64,000 bases of DNA, from IMG/VR virus record IMGVR_UViG_3300028048_000047, positions 1 to 64,000 of that record; one strand, written 5' to 3'. A program made the translations under genes and the position numbers. Shown here piece after piece: positions 1 through 8,999 of this stretch; position 1 is the first letter of the stretch, and every line of letters begins with the position of its first letter. The notes beneath the pieces are model-generated. The model saw only the letters and a program-made list of their open reading frames with translations, did no database searches and was not told the DNA's origin. This DNA is from a virus (taxonomy: Duplodnaviria > Caudoviricetes).

Positions 1-1
1 A

Positions 2-271
2 GGTATGGTGGGAGTTATTGGTGCAATAGGTATGGTGGGAGTTATTGGTGCAATAGGTATGGTGGGAGTTATTGGTGCAATAGGTATGGTGGGAGTTATA
101 GGTGCAATAGGTATGGTGGGAGTTATAGGTGCAATAGGTATGGTGGGAGTTATAGGTGCAATAGGTATGGTTGGAGTAATAGGTGCAATAGGTATGGTTG
201 GAGTAATAGGTGCAATAGGCAAGGTTGGAGTAATAGGTGCAATAGGCAAGGTTGGAGTAATAGGTGCAATA
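2..271. repeat. 27-bp tandem repeat, 10 copies visible (truncated by window start), unit GGTATGGTGGGAGTTATTGGTGCAATA built of three 9-bp subunits
   Basis: Direct reading: variant blocks of 3+3+2+2 copies. Confidence 0.97.
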
Positions 272-625
272 GGCATATTGCTAATATGATGCTAAGCCAT
301 TTAAATCTAATATAACCTTTTAATTTTATTTTTTTTTAATAAAAAATAAATATTAATAGTTAGTTTTTAATAAAAATTATTTTTAATGATTTAAATAAAA
401 AAATAATGGTGCATAGTTAGTTTTAAATCAAAAAAAAGCGAAAACTGCGTTTTTGAGCGAGCTGGCAAAGGTGGGTTTGAACTTTCGTGAGGTTTTCTTT
501 AAATGTTTAGGTATACCTAAACTTTTCTTTTTTTTTGGTGTGTGTTTTTTTTGTGGTTGTTGTTGTGGTTGTTGTTGTTTTTTTTGGGTTATGTTTTTAT
601 ATGATGTTGTGTATATGTTTTTTTT

Positions 626-817
626 ATGTTGTGGGATGGTAATGGTTTGCGTGGTAGGGTTGATTGTGAGAAGTATGGTGATTTTGTTCGTTTGTATCGT
701 GGGGGTGTTCCTGTGTCTGTGATTCGTGAGAGGTTGGGTGTGGGTTCGTCTGTGTATTATAGGTTGTTTTGTGTTGCTTTGGAGAGGGGTGATATTGTTT
801 CTCGGTATCGTAAGTGA
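626..817 (+). CDS. small HTH-like DNA-binding protein
   Basis: FVRLYRGGVPVSVIRERLGVGSSVYYRL resembles an HTH; T-run follows. Confidence 0.5.
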   Translation: MLWDGNGLRGRVDCEKYGDFVRLYRGGVPVSVIRERLGVGSSVYYRLFCVALERGDIVSRYRK

Positions 818-891
818 TTTTTTTTTTGTGTGGTGTGTTTTTTTTGTGTTTTTTTTTTGTGTGTGGGGTGGGGTGTGTTTGTTTTGTGTTT

Positions 892-912
892 GACCGTTAG
901 GTTTATATAGTA
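892..912 (+). promoter_or_regulatory. archaeal BRE/TATA promoter
   Basis: GACCGTTAGGTTTATATAG; TTTATATA at 902-909. Confidence 0.65.
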
Positions 913-1017
913 TTATAGTTATATGTTATAATTGTGTGTTTTTTCTTTTTTTATGATTGGGGGAATATACATTTTGAGAATATATTTGAATATAATTTAA
1001 TGGGAGTTGATTATTTT

Positions 1018-1137
1018 ATGGTGAATGTTTGTGATGAGGAGTTGGAGTTTTTGTTTTCTTTGCCTTTGTTGTGTGATGAGTCTGAGAAGGATTTTTTTCG
1101 TGTTGAGTGTTTTAAGTTGTTGGATAAGTTTTTATAA
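1018..1137 (+). CDS. small hypothetical protein
   Basis: ATG at 1018 after GGGAG; end of ORF 934..1137. Confidence 0.4.
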   Translation: MVNVCDEELEFLFSLPLLCDESEKDFFRVECFKLLDKFL

Positions 1138-1179
1138 AAGATGGTATTTGATTTTGATTGGGGGAGGGGTTTAGTTAAA

Positions 1180-1461
1180 ATGTTGTTTAAGGAGTTGATT
1201 TGTTGTGGTGTTGGGGAGGTTTTTAAGGGTTCTTTTTTGGAGGGTTTGTGGAGTGTTAGTTTTGGGTATGATTGTGTGGATATTGTTTTGAAGGGGCAGG
1301 TTTATGTTTCGATGGTTTATGAGTTGGATGGTTTTTTTGGTGGTGGGGGTTTGTTGTATGTTAATGATGATGGTGTTTTGTGTTTGATGTATGATATTAG
1401 TGGTTTTATTTTGGATGAGTTTGGTGTTTGGGAGAATTATGATAGGTGTTTTGGTTTATGA
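1180..1461 (+). CDS. hypothetical protein
   Basis: GGGGAGGGG RBS before ATG 1180; ATGA overlap with next gene. Confidence 0.55.
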   Translation: MLFKELICCGVGEVFKGSFLEGLWSVSFGYDCVDIVLKGQVYVSMVYELDGFFGGGGLLYVNDDGVLCLMYDISGFILDEFGVWENYDRCFGL

Positions 1462-1676
1462 AGGTTTTGAGTGAGTTTGAGGTTGGTTGTATTAGGAGTT
1501 TGTATCCTGTGGGTACTCAGGTGGTGTTGGATTTTATGGTTGATGATTTTAGTATTTCTTGTGGTAGTGTGGGTAGGGTTGTGTTTGTTGATGATTTGGG
1601 GCAGGTTCATGTGGATTGGGAGGATGGGTCTTGTTTGGTGTTGGTTGTTGGTGTTGATAAGTTTCATAAGATTTGA
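1458..1676 (+). CDS. DUF4314-family protein
   Basis: YPVGTQVVL..M..D...G..G.V..VDDLGQVHVDWEDGSCLVLVVGVD signature. Confidence 0.8.
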   Translation: MKVLSEFEVGCIRSLYPVGTQVVLDFMVDDFSISCGSVGRVVFVDDLGQVHVDWEDGSCLVLVVGVDKFHKI

Positions 1677-1708
1677 ATTTTTTTTGATTATGGGAGGTTT
1701 TGTTATTT

Positions 1709-2245
1709 ATGAGTAGTGATGGTATTGTTTTTAATCGTGTGTGGTGTATGCCTTCTCATGCGACTTTTAGTATTAAGCCGATTGGTGAGTTGATTGATAG
1801 GTATGTGAAGGATGGTTTGTTGGTTTTGAATCCTTTTGCTTTTAAGTCTGGTGTGGGTGTTACGAATGATGTTAATCCTGATTTGGATGTTGATTATCAT
1901 TTGGATGCTACTGAGTTTTTGGAGTTGTGGGATGATGCGAGTGTTGATTTGGTTTTGTATGACCCTCCTTATACTCCTACTCAGTTGAAGGAGCATTATA
2001 ATGAGTATCCTGAGTCTAAGGTGTTGTATTATACGAGTAAGAATAATTATTGGAGTAGGCAGAAGGATACTATTAGTAGGATTGTTAAGCCTGGTGGTTT
2101 TGTGATTTCGTGTGGTTATGATACTAATGGTATTGGTAAGGGTAGGGGTTTTGAGATTGTTGAGATTTTGTTGGTTGCTCATGGTGGTGGTCATAATGAT
2201 ACGATTGTTACTGTTGAGAGGAAGGTGCAGTCTGTTTTGATTTGA
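1709..2245 (+). CDS. orphan phage-type amino (adenine) DNA methyltransferase-like protein
   Basis: MPSHATFSIKPI...NPFA (motif I-like), DLVLYDPPY (motif IV), C-terminal HGGGHNDTIVTVERK; GGGAGGT RBS. Confidence 0.8.
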   Translation: MSSDGIVFNRVWCMPSHATFSIKPIGELIDRYVKDGLLVLNPFAFKSGVGVTNDVNPDLDVDYHLDATEFLELWDDASVDLVLYDPPYTPTQLKEHYNEYPESKVLYYTSKNNYWSRQKDTISRIVKPGGFVISCGYDTNGIGKGRGFEIVEILLVAHGGGHNDTIVTVERKVQSVLI

Positions 2246-2295
2246 TTTTTTCTTCTTTTATTTTTTTTGTGGGTGGTTTGGGAGAATTAGTGGAC

Positions 2296-2316
2296 GATAG
2301 TAAGGTTTATATAATA
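2296..2316 (+). promoter_or_regulatory. archaeal BRE/TATA promoter
   Basis: GATAGTAAGGTTTATATAA; TATA at 2306-2313 upstream of ORF 2360. Confidence 0.65.
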
Positions 2317-2359
2317 TTATAGTTTATATATTATAATATGATGGGGGATTGATAATAAA

Positions 2360-2713
2360 ATGTTAAATTTTTCAGATTTGAAGTATGAAGATATTATGGA
2401 TACTTGTAATGAATTGTACAGTAATTATTGGAATGGTGATTCACAAGGAATAATCACTTTTAAATATAAAAATAAGTTTGTTCAATTCATTATTGTTGAG
2501 TTTGAGGACGATTATACTTTAAAAGGTATTGATAAAAATGATACTGAGAGTTTTATAGATTTAACCTATGATAATATTTTAAATTGTGTTGAGTCAGGTT
2601 ATTGTCTTGGTAATTGTGGAAGTGGTTTTAGTGGGTTAATTTATACTTTTAAGTATTATGATGATTTTTTAATGTTGAGTGTTGGTGATGAGTGTAGGAA
2701 TGAGTGGTTTTAA
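2360..2713 (+). CDS. hypothetical protein with internal duplication, paralogue of 3167..3478
   Basis: (D/E)LxY(E/D)(D/N)I...TFKY module twice. Confidence 0.7.
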   Translation: MLNFSDLKYEDIMDTCNELYSNYWNGDSQGIITFKYKNKFVQFIIVEFEDDYTLKGIDKNDTESFIDLTYDNILNCVESGYCLGNCGSGFSGLIYTFKYYDDFLMLSVGDECRNEWF

Positions 2714-2752
2714 ATATTTTTTTGTGTATTTTGACCATGAAAATTAGTGAAT

Positions 2753-2773
2753 GACCGTTAAATTTATATATTA
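2753..2773 (+). promoter_or_regulatory. archaeal BRE/TATA promoter
   Basis: GACCGTTAAATTTATATA; TATA at 2763-2770. Confidence 0.7.
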
Positions 2774-2804
2774 TTATAGACTTTTATTAAAGGAGGCAAA
2801 AAAA

Positions 2805-3146
2805 ATGAACATTGAAGAAGTATTTAACATAAACGAAACAAAGGAAAACGAATACTGTTTATCATACAAAGAACGAGAATTATTACTATGCAACGATGAA
2901 GAAAAAGAACCATTATCCAAACTTGTAGAAAGTTTAAACATAATATTCACAGAAAAAGAATACGAATACAAATCATATCGTATGATGATGGAATTCTACC
3001 AAAAACTCATCTCAGACACTTTATCAGACAAATTGGACAACATTGATAACTTATATGCAATGAAAAAAATGATGACAGAAATATGTAACAGTATAGAATC
3101 CATGACCAAAAATTTAAAAGAACTACAAGATGAACAAAAAAAATAA
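2805..3146 (+). CDS. hypothetical helical/coiled-coil protein
   Basis: AGGAGG RBS before ATG 2805. Confidence 0.7.
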   Translation: MNIEEVFNINETKENEYCLSYKERELLLCNDEEKEPLSKLVESLNIIFTEKEYEYKSYRMMMEFYQKLISDTLSDKLDNIDNLYAMKKMMTEICNSIESMTKNLKELQDEQKK

Positions 3147-3166
3147 ATTATGAGGATTATGAAAAA

Positions 3167-3478
3167 ATGAATTTTGAAAATTTAAATTATAATGACATAC
3201 TCAAAACCATAGAAGAACTGTATCATAATACACCATCAGTTAAATCATTTGAATACAAAAATGTATATGTGTACATAAGTGTACAAGATAATGGATTATT
3301 CCAAAGATATTTCCAAGAATTAACTTATGATGATATTATGGAAATAGTTAAAAGAGGTTATGAACTAAGTAATAAAGAAAGTATTTTCTCAGGAATTTAT
3401 GAAACCTTTAAATATAAAGAAAAATATGTTACTTTAAACATTAGTTCCATAAAAGATAAAGAATTATTCATGTTTTAA
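3167..3478 (+). CDS. hypothetical protein, paralogue of 2360..2713
   Basis: NFENLNYNDIL vs NFSDLKYEDIM; FSGIYETFKY vs FSGLIYTFKY. Confidence 0.7.
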   Translation: MNFENLNYNDILKTIEELYHNTPSVKSFEYKNVYVYISVQDNGLFQRYFQELTYDDIMEIVKRGYELSNKESIFSGIYETFKYKEKYVTLNISSIKDKELFMF

Positions 3479-3812
3479 AAAAAAAAATATTATGAAAAAT
3501 ATATAAAAAATACATATTTCAATATATATGACACACCTAATTTAGAGGATACTAAAACAGATGATTGTATAAAATAAAATAATGATAATGTAAATAATAC
3601 ATATAAAAATTTAATTACAGAATAATCAATCATTTGATGAATTTCACACAAATGAATCCTACTAAAAAAAATTTTTCGACGGGTGTTTCTAACGAAACAC
3701 CCATAAAAAAAAAATTCCAAAAATACAAAATATTTATATAAATCAATTAACAATATTAATCCAAAAAAAATATAAAAAAAATATAATAAAAAATTATATT
3801 AGGAAAACAAAA

Positions 3813-3995
3813 ATGAAAAATAAAACAATAGAAATTATTTATCCTTGTGAAAAATGTATACTTTGTGGTCTTGATTTAAATTCATATGACCCATACATAT
3901 GTTTAAATGATGGACATCATTCAGGTACACCATTAAGTTTAAGTAATAACTGTCCATTAAATAAAAAACCACAAATAAAGGAGATACAAAAATGA
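3813..3995 (+). CDS. small Cys-rich putative metal-binding protein
   Basis: CEKCILC...C...CPL; TATA at 3733-3740. Confidence 0.55.
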   Translation: MKNKTIEIIYPCEKCILCGLDLNSYDPYICLNDGHHSGTPLSLSNNCPLNKKPQIKEIQK

Positions 3996-4333
3996 GTGAA
4001 AGATACATAGTATATTTAGAAGGAAATCACCATTATATGTTATTAGACACAGTTACTGGTTATTCTTATTATACACCAGGACAACAAGATGCCACAAGTA
4101 TTTGTAATATGTTAAATAATAAAGATGAAATGTTAGAAAAACAAAAACATCATATAAAAGAATTAGAACATACTTTAAAAAAAAATAATCTTACATTTGA
4201 ACCTAACCGTAATTGTGAAAATTGCAAATATTTCTGTTTTAATTATGGTTTAAATGATGAAGGGTTTTGTGATTTAAAAGATATTAGTACCTGTGTTTCA
4301 GATTATTGTAATAGTTGGGTTTTAATGTTATAA
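3992..4333 (+). CDS. hypothetical protein with coiled coil and C-terminal Cys cluster
   Basis: CENCKYF...FC...C...C; ATGA overlap. Confidence 0.65.
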   Translation: MSERYIVYLEGNHHYMLLDTVTGYSYYTPGQQDATSICNMLNNKDEMLEKQKHHIKELEHTLKKNNLTFEPNRNCENCKYFCFNYGLNDEGFCDLKDISTCVSDYCNSWVLML

Positions 4334-4375
4334 GCATAATATTAAAATATATACAAGATTTATATAAAATATTTA

Positions 4376-5938
4376 ATGGTAAGTAATATTGAAACCCCTA
4401 AAAATATTTATAAAAATCATAGGAAATGGATTATTAAAAAAAGTATTAATGGTCAAATGAGATATTTTAAATCATTTGACACATTAGAAGAGGCTATTTC
4501 CTATAAAAATTTATTAATTAAAAATAATTGGAAAGACCCATCTATTTCAAATAATGAAGAAAAATATAAATTAGAACAAAAAGAGTATTATGCAAGAGTT
4601 AGTTTGGATTCAACTCGAAGATGGTATAGAATTAGACATAATAAGTATGGTATACTTGATAAGACCAAAGATATTTATACTGCTTTATTTTATAGGGATT
4701 TATATTCCCAATCAGATTTAAAAAAGAAAGATATTCCACTAATAACTGATTGTGATTTAGTTAATGGTAATCCATATCTTGAAAATGGATTAAAATATAA
4801 ACTTCCTGAAAGACTTATTTTGAATAAAACTCCTCAAAAAAGAGGGAAAGGAGCAATTAGAAAGAAATCTGTATCCAGTTATAGTGTTTACCAAGGTAAA
4901 ACTCATTTTTGTAGTTGTCGAACATATGAACAAGCATGGTATGTTAAAAGGGAATTAAATAAAGTTGGTTGGGATAAAAAAGAACTTGATAGAATACTTG
5001 ATGAGTACCCTATTTTTTATACAAAATTATTACAATTTTATATTTATCTATCAAAAGATAAAAAAGATGGTAAATGGTTGTTAACCATACCAAAAAATAA
5101 ATCTGATGATGGTTTATTACAACATATTAAATATTCCAATATTGAAGATGCACTTTTTGAAAGAGATTTTCTCATGAAATATGATTGGAATTATGATTTA
5201 TTAGTTACTAATATTGATGATACTAATAACCCTTATTATAATATGGAATTACCACCGTATCCTGAGAGAAAAATTCGTAATATTTCACCAAGAGTTAATC
5301 ATGATGATGATTTGTTACGATTAAGGGATATTATTCTTGAAAATCCGAAAATTACAGTTAATGATTTGGCTAAATCTATCAATATCACAAGTAATACTTT
5401 ACGCAATTGGTTTAAACAATATAATACTAATTCAAAAGAATTCCGTAAAGTTGTTTTAGAAGGAAAAAATCCTGTTGAGGTGTTCCAACAAGCAGAGTTA
5501 ATTTTCACACCTGATTTAAGTAAATCTTTACCCAGTAATTATAAAGGATATGTACATTATAGTCCTCAACGAAAAACTCCATATATTATAGGAAAAAATG
5601 ATGTGTACTATGGTGCATATCCTACTCGTGAATTAGCAGATAGTGTTGTTAAAGAATTAGTTAAAGTGAATTGGGATAAATCTAAACTTAAAAATATTCA
5701 AAAAAGATTAAAAACACATTATGTAAATGTGGATGATTCAACTTATATTCATAGAACTCATAAAAATTCAGGTTCATGGAGAGTCCGTAAAAAAATAAAT
5801 GGACGATATAAAAGTTTTGGTGTTTATGAAACAAAGGAACTTGCAATTATTGCAAGAGATATTCTTGTGGATAGAGATTTTGAGTGTGATAACTTGGATA
5901 AATTGAAAGAAGTTGCTAAAAAAAGGTTAGTGGAATAG
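4376..5938 (+). CDS. multi-AP2-like-domain DNA-binding protein with internal HTH
   Basis: six modules like W.I.K.ING..RYF.SF.TLEEA....L...W; HTH ITVNDLAKSINITSNTLRNW. Confidence 0.75.
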   Translation: MVSNIETPKNIYKNHRKWIIKKSINGQMRYFKSFDTLEEAISYKNLLIKNNWKDPSISNNEEKYKLEQKEYYARVSLDSTRRWYRIRHNKYGILDKTKDIYTALFYRDLYSQSDLKKKDIPLITDCDLVNGNPYLENGLKYKLPERLILNKTPQKRGKGAIRKKSVSSYSVYQGKTHFCSCRTYEQAWYVKRELNKVGWDKKELDRILDEYPIFYTKLLQFYIYLSKDKKDGKWLLTIPKNKSDDGLLQHIKYSNIEDALFERDFLMKYDWNYDLLVTNIDDTNNPYYNMELPPYPERKIRNISPRVNHDDDLLRLRDIILENPKITVNDLAKSINITSNTLRNWFKQYNTNSKEFRKVVLEGKNPVEVFQQAELIFTPDLSKSLPSNYKGYVHYSPQRKTPYIIGKNDVYYGAYPTRELADSVVKELVKVNWDKSKLKNIQKRLKTHYVNVDDSTYIHRTHKNSGSWRVRKKINGRYKSFGVYETKELAIIARDILVDRDFECDNLDKLKEVAKKRLVE

Positions 5939-6006
5939 GAGAAAATTATTTTCTTTTTTTTTGGGTTGGTGTTGAGAACAATATAGTAAAAGAACAAGGG
6001 GGAATA

Positions 6007-6342
6007 ATGTTTGATGAAGAAGAGTTAAAAAAAGATTTAAAAAATTTACCTTTGCAAGAAGTTGTTGAGAAATATAATTTATCATTCAAAGAGATATTTA
6101 GTATTAGTTTGAAGTATAATAAATATAATGTTAAGATTAAGGACGATGCTTATATTTATAAAACATCAGGGGGGAATTGGGTGATTCGTAAGTTTGTTAA
6201 TGGTAAAATGAGGTATTATGGTACTTATAATCTTAAAAAAGAGGCTTCTCTTGTTGTGGAGGAGTTGAGGAAAGTTGATTGGGACGAAAATTGTTTGTCT
6301 GATATTTTAGAGGAGTTTAATATTGTCAGATGTCGACGATGA
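6007..6342 (+). CDS. AP2-like DNA-binding protein
   Basis: YIYKTSGGNWVIRKFVNGKMRYYGTYNLKKEASLVVEELRKVDW. Confidence 0.7.
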   Translation: MFDEEELKKDLKNLPLQEVVEKYNLSFKEIFSISLKYNKYNVKIKDDAYIYKTSGGNWVIRKFVNGKMRYYGTYNLKKEASLVVEELRKVDWDENCLSDILEEFNIVRCRR

Positions 6343-6379
6343 TTTTTTTGTTGATTATGATGGATAATAATAAAACAAT

Positions 6380-6400
6380 ATAGTAAAGTTTATATATTAT
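6380..6400 (+). promoter_or_regulatory. archaeal BRE/TATA promoter
   Basis: ATAGTAAAGTTTATATA; TATA at 6389-6396. Confidence 0.65.
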
Positions 6401-6455
6401 CATAGATATAGTATTATTGTATTATAAATCACAAATGATAAATAAGGAGATTTTT

Positions 6456-6932
6456 ATGAGTAATCAAATATATTTTTATGAAATTAATACCTCAGGTTAT
6501 GAAGATAATTATAATTTAACTTATTATTCTTACAACACTTATTCACAAGAAGAATTTGAAGAAGTTGTTTTTGAAGTATTAAATAAAGTAATGAATGTGA
6601 TTATAAATAATGTACCTGAAAGTTTATGTTATTATAATATTTATTTCCAACCAGATGATTTGATTTTAAGTGAGTATTTTAAGAAATTCATGGGAGAAAA
6701 AGGATTATTCCCTCTATCAAAAAAAATAGATGCAAGAATGACTTTTGAATTGGACGATAGATATATAAATAAACATAATGACAAATTAAATAATATGTTT
6801 ATGAATTTGGATATTGATACAAATTGTTTTGATAATAATTGTAGTAGAATAGAACATGAACTTGATGAAGAAAAAGAGTACCTTAAAAAGAATTGTGGAG
6901 TTACATTAATATTAAATAATAAGAAATCATAA
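6456..6932 (+). CDS. hypothetical protein
   Basis: AAGGAG RBS, ATG at 6456. Confidence 0.7.
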   Translation: MSNQIYFYEINTSGYEDNYNLTYYSYNTYSQEEFEEVVFEVLNKVMNVIINNVPESLCYYNIYFQPDDLILSEYFKKFMGEKGLFPLSKKIDARMTFELDDRYINKHNDKLNNMFMNLDIDTNCFDNNCSRIEHELDEEKEYLKKNCGVTLILNNKKS

Positions 6933-7025
6933 AAATAAAATTTACAATAAAAAAAACATCATTCCATTTTTTTATATTTGTTATACTAAATAATTAAATA
7001 AAAAAAAGTATGTAAGGAGTTTCAT

Positions 7026-7304
7026 ATGACCAAAAAAAATAACAATAAAAAATTTAAATTTTTAAAAGAGGATAATAAACTAAAATTATTCCCAGTTTAT
7101 GAAGATGATAAGTATTTAGGAATGATATTTGAAGATAGTACTCAAATTGTGGATAGATTGAATAAGTTACATGAATTAAATGAACAATTATATGTTTCAC
7201 TTAAAAAATATAGGGAAATCAATGATTTTCTCACGATTAAATTATCCGATGCTGTTAAACAAGGATTTGAAGTTGATTTTGAAGAGTTTGAAGAGGTACT
7301 TTAA
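7026..7304 (+). CDS. hypothetical coiled-coil protein
   Basis: AAGGAG RBS; IVDRLNKLHELNEQL resembles ICNMLNNKDEMLE of 3992. Confidence 0.65.
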   Translation: MTKKNNNKKFKFLKEDNKLKLFPVYEDDKYLGMIFEDSTQIVDRLNKLHELNEQLYVSLKKYREINDFLTIKLSDAVKQGFEVDFEEFEEVL

Positions 7305-7307
7305 AAA

Positions 7308-7655
7308 ATGTTTGAAGGAAGTTTTAAAAATATTGTTGATTCCTTAATGACAACAATTTATAAAGAATTAGAAGAATATTGTGAATTTATTGTTTTTAAT
7401 ACTGAGTATACTATTGAAGATATAGTTCGTGTTGATTTGGATTTGGGGAATGGTAGAAAATGTTTTGGTGTTGTTTGTCCAAAAGAGTGTGTTATTAATG
7501 GTTGTGGGATTTTACCAGATTGTTATTTTAGAGGAGTAGAAGAAATTAGGGATGAACAAGGGTTTTTTAAAGGGTTTCAAACAATAGAAGAAATTCCAAA
7601 AAAAATGTTATGTGATAAATATATCATGAAAAATCGGAAATTTAATAAAAAGTGA
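7308..7655 (+). CDS. hypothetical protein
   Basis: GAGGT RBS, operon spacing. Confidence 0.6.
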   Translation: MFEGSFKNIVDSLMTTIYKELEEYCEFIVFNTEYTIEDIVRVDLDLGNGRKCFGVVCPKECVINGCGILPDCYFRGVEEIRDEQGFFKGFQTIEEIPKKMLCDKYIMKNRKFNKK

Positions 7656-7699
7656 TTGTTATAGTATAAATTTGAGTTTTTAAATGGAGATGTAAATTA

Positions 7700-7867
7700 A
7701 TGAGATGTGAATCATATTGTAAATATTTTAAAGAAAAAAGTGTTGGTGCTTCCGTTCTGTTTTCTGAAAAGACAAAGGTTGTATGGTATGGGTATTGTAA
7801 TAAGTATTATATTAACACATCCACAAATAATGATTGTTTAGATAGTTTACCTTATCATGAAAAATAA
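7700..7867 (+). CDS. small Cys-containing protein (55 aa, not in ORF track)
   Basis: GGAG RBS; MRCESYCKYF...GYCNKY...NDC. Confidence 0.5.
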   Translation: MRCESYCKYFKEKSVGASVLFSEKTKVVWYGYCNKYYINTSTNNDCLDSLPYHEK

Positions 7868-7886
7868 TAAAAGATGGTGAAAGTTT

Positions 7887-8069
7887 ATGGGTGAAATTGA
7901 TAAAAAAGGAGTATATATTCATAAAATACCTTTTAGTGATGTTCCTGATGTTAATGGGGTTGTTTGTATAAAATCAGATAATAGTAATCTTAATGATTAT
8001 TTGGAGTTAAAGATTCGTAGATTATTAAGAGATATTTATTATGGGGATTGTGATGAATTTGAGTTATGA
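7887..8069 (+). CDS. hypothetical protein
   Basis: GGTGA RBS. Confidence 0.5.
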   Translation: MGEIDKKGVYIHKIPFSDVPDVNGVVCIKSDNSNLNDYLELKIRRLLRDIYYGDCDEFEL

Positions 8070-8115
8070 TTTTTTCCATATTTTTTAATAAATTATTTTT
8101 TTATATGAAGGTGGG

Positions 8116-8436
8116 ATGAAAAGTATGCAAAAAGTATTATTGGAAAAAGAGTTTACTGTTGGGAATCATAATGTTCTTTATTGTTTAGTTGAAGGTCATA
8201 ATTCCTATTTTATTACTTGTGAAGTGGATTATCTTTTGGAGTATGATTGTACTGGTGAATATATTGGTTTAAGTGGGTTTATGGACACTACAATATTTGA
8301 AATTAGTTATGATGTTAGTATCAATGTGGATGATGGGGCTTGTGGTTCTTCTGAGATGTTTATTACACAATATTTAGACCCTTCTGAGATTAGGGATATT
8401 GCATTTGATGTATTTAATAAGATTACAAAAGAATAG
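8116..8436 (+). CDS. hypothetical protein
   Basis: ORF track; acidic. Confidence 0.6.
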   Translation: MKSMQKVLLEKEFTVGNHNVLYCLVEGHNSYFITCEVDYLLEYDCTGEYIGLSGFMDTTIFEISYDVSINVDDGACGSSEMFITQYLDPSEIRDIAFDVFNKITKE

Positions 8437-8470
8437 GATTACACAAATTTTTGGGGAGTGTGAGTTAAAA

Positions 8471-8740
8471 ATGAAAGACAAGGAAATTAATGAGTTATTA
8501 AAATTATTTGGAGAAATGGAAGGAGTTGATGTACGGGTGGATGTTATAAATTCAAATGATGATTTGGATTCATCAGTTATAACAAGTAATGATATTAGGG
8601 TGGAATTAGAAAGAATTATGATTTTAATAGAAGAACAACAAGAGTATGAAATTGCTGTTGAAAAATTAAAAGAATTAGATTCATTATTTGATGATATTGA
8701 GTGGGGAATGTATGATTTTGAAATTAAATGGAGGACATGA
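8471..8740 (+). CDS. hypothetical acidic protein
   Basis: ATG at 8471 within ORF 8399..8740. Confidence 0.55.
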   Translation: MKDKEINELLKLFGEMEGVDVRVDVINSNDDLDSSVITSNDIRVELERIMILIEEQQEYEIAVEKLKELDSLFDDIEWGMYDFEIKWRT

Positions 8741-8746
8741 TTTATT

Positions 8747-8992
8747 ATGAGTAGAAAAATTCAAATAGACTTTGCGGAAAATGATTGGGTTTATTTTAAA
8801 ATACCATCTTCAAGTAGAGAAGAATATCAATATGTATCATGGGATAAAGAAAATGGTTGGAATTGCACTTGTGAAGATTATCAATTCCGTAAAAATTATT
8901 GTAAACATATGAAGGAATCCAAAAAATTTTTAGATGAATTGAATAGTAATATTCAAAATTCAAATGAAGTTTTCAAATTAAGAAAAGAGTAG
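8747..8992 (+). CDS. SWIM zinc-finger protein
   Basis: WNCTCEDYQFRKNYCKHM (CxC...CxH). Confidence 0.85.
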   Translation: MSRKIQIDFAENDWVYFKIPSSSREEYQYVSWDKENGWNCTCEDYQFRKNYCKHMKESKKFLDELNSNIQNSNEVFKLRKE

Positions 8993-8999
8993 ATGTAAA

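Noticed and set aside
1-271. CRISPR array
   Set aside because: Units are contiguous with no unique spacers.
453-2194. ORFs 453..722, 1471..1716 and minus-strand 1437..1667, 1703..2194
   Set aside because: Shadow ORFs produced by extreme G/T skew; they overlap better-supported genes.
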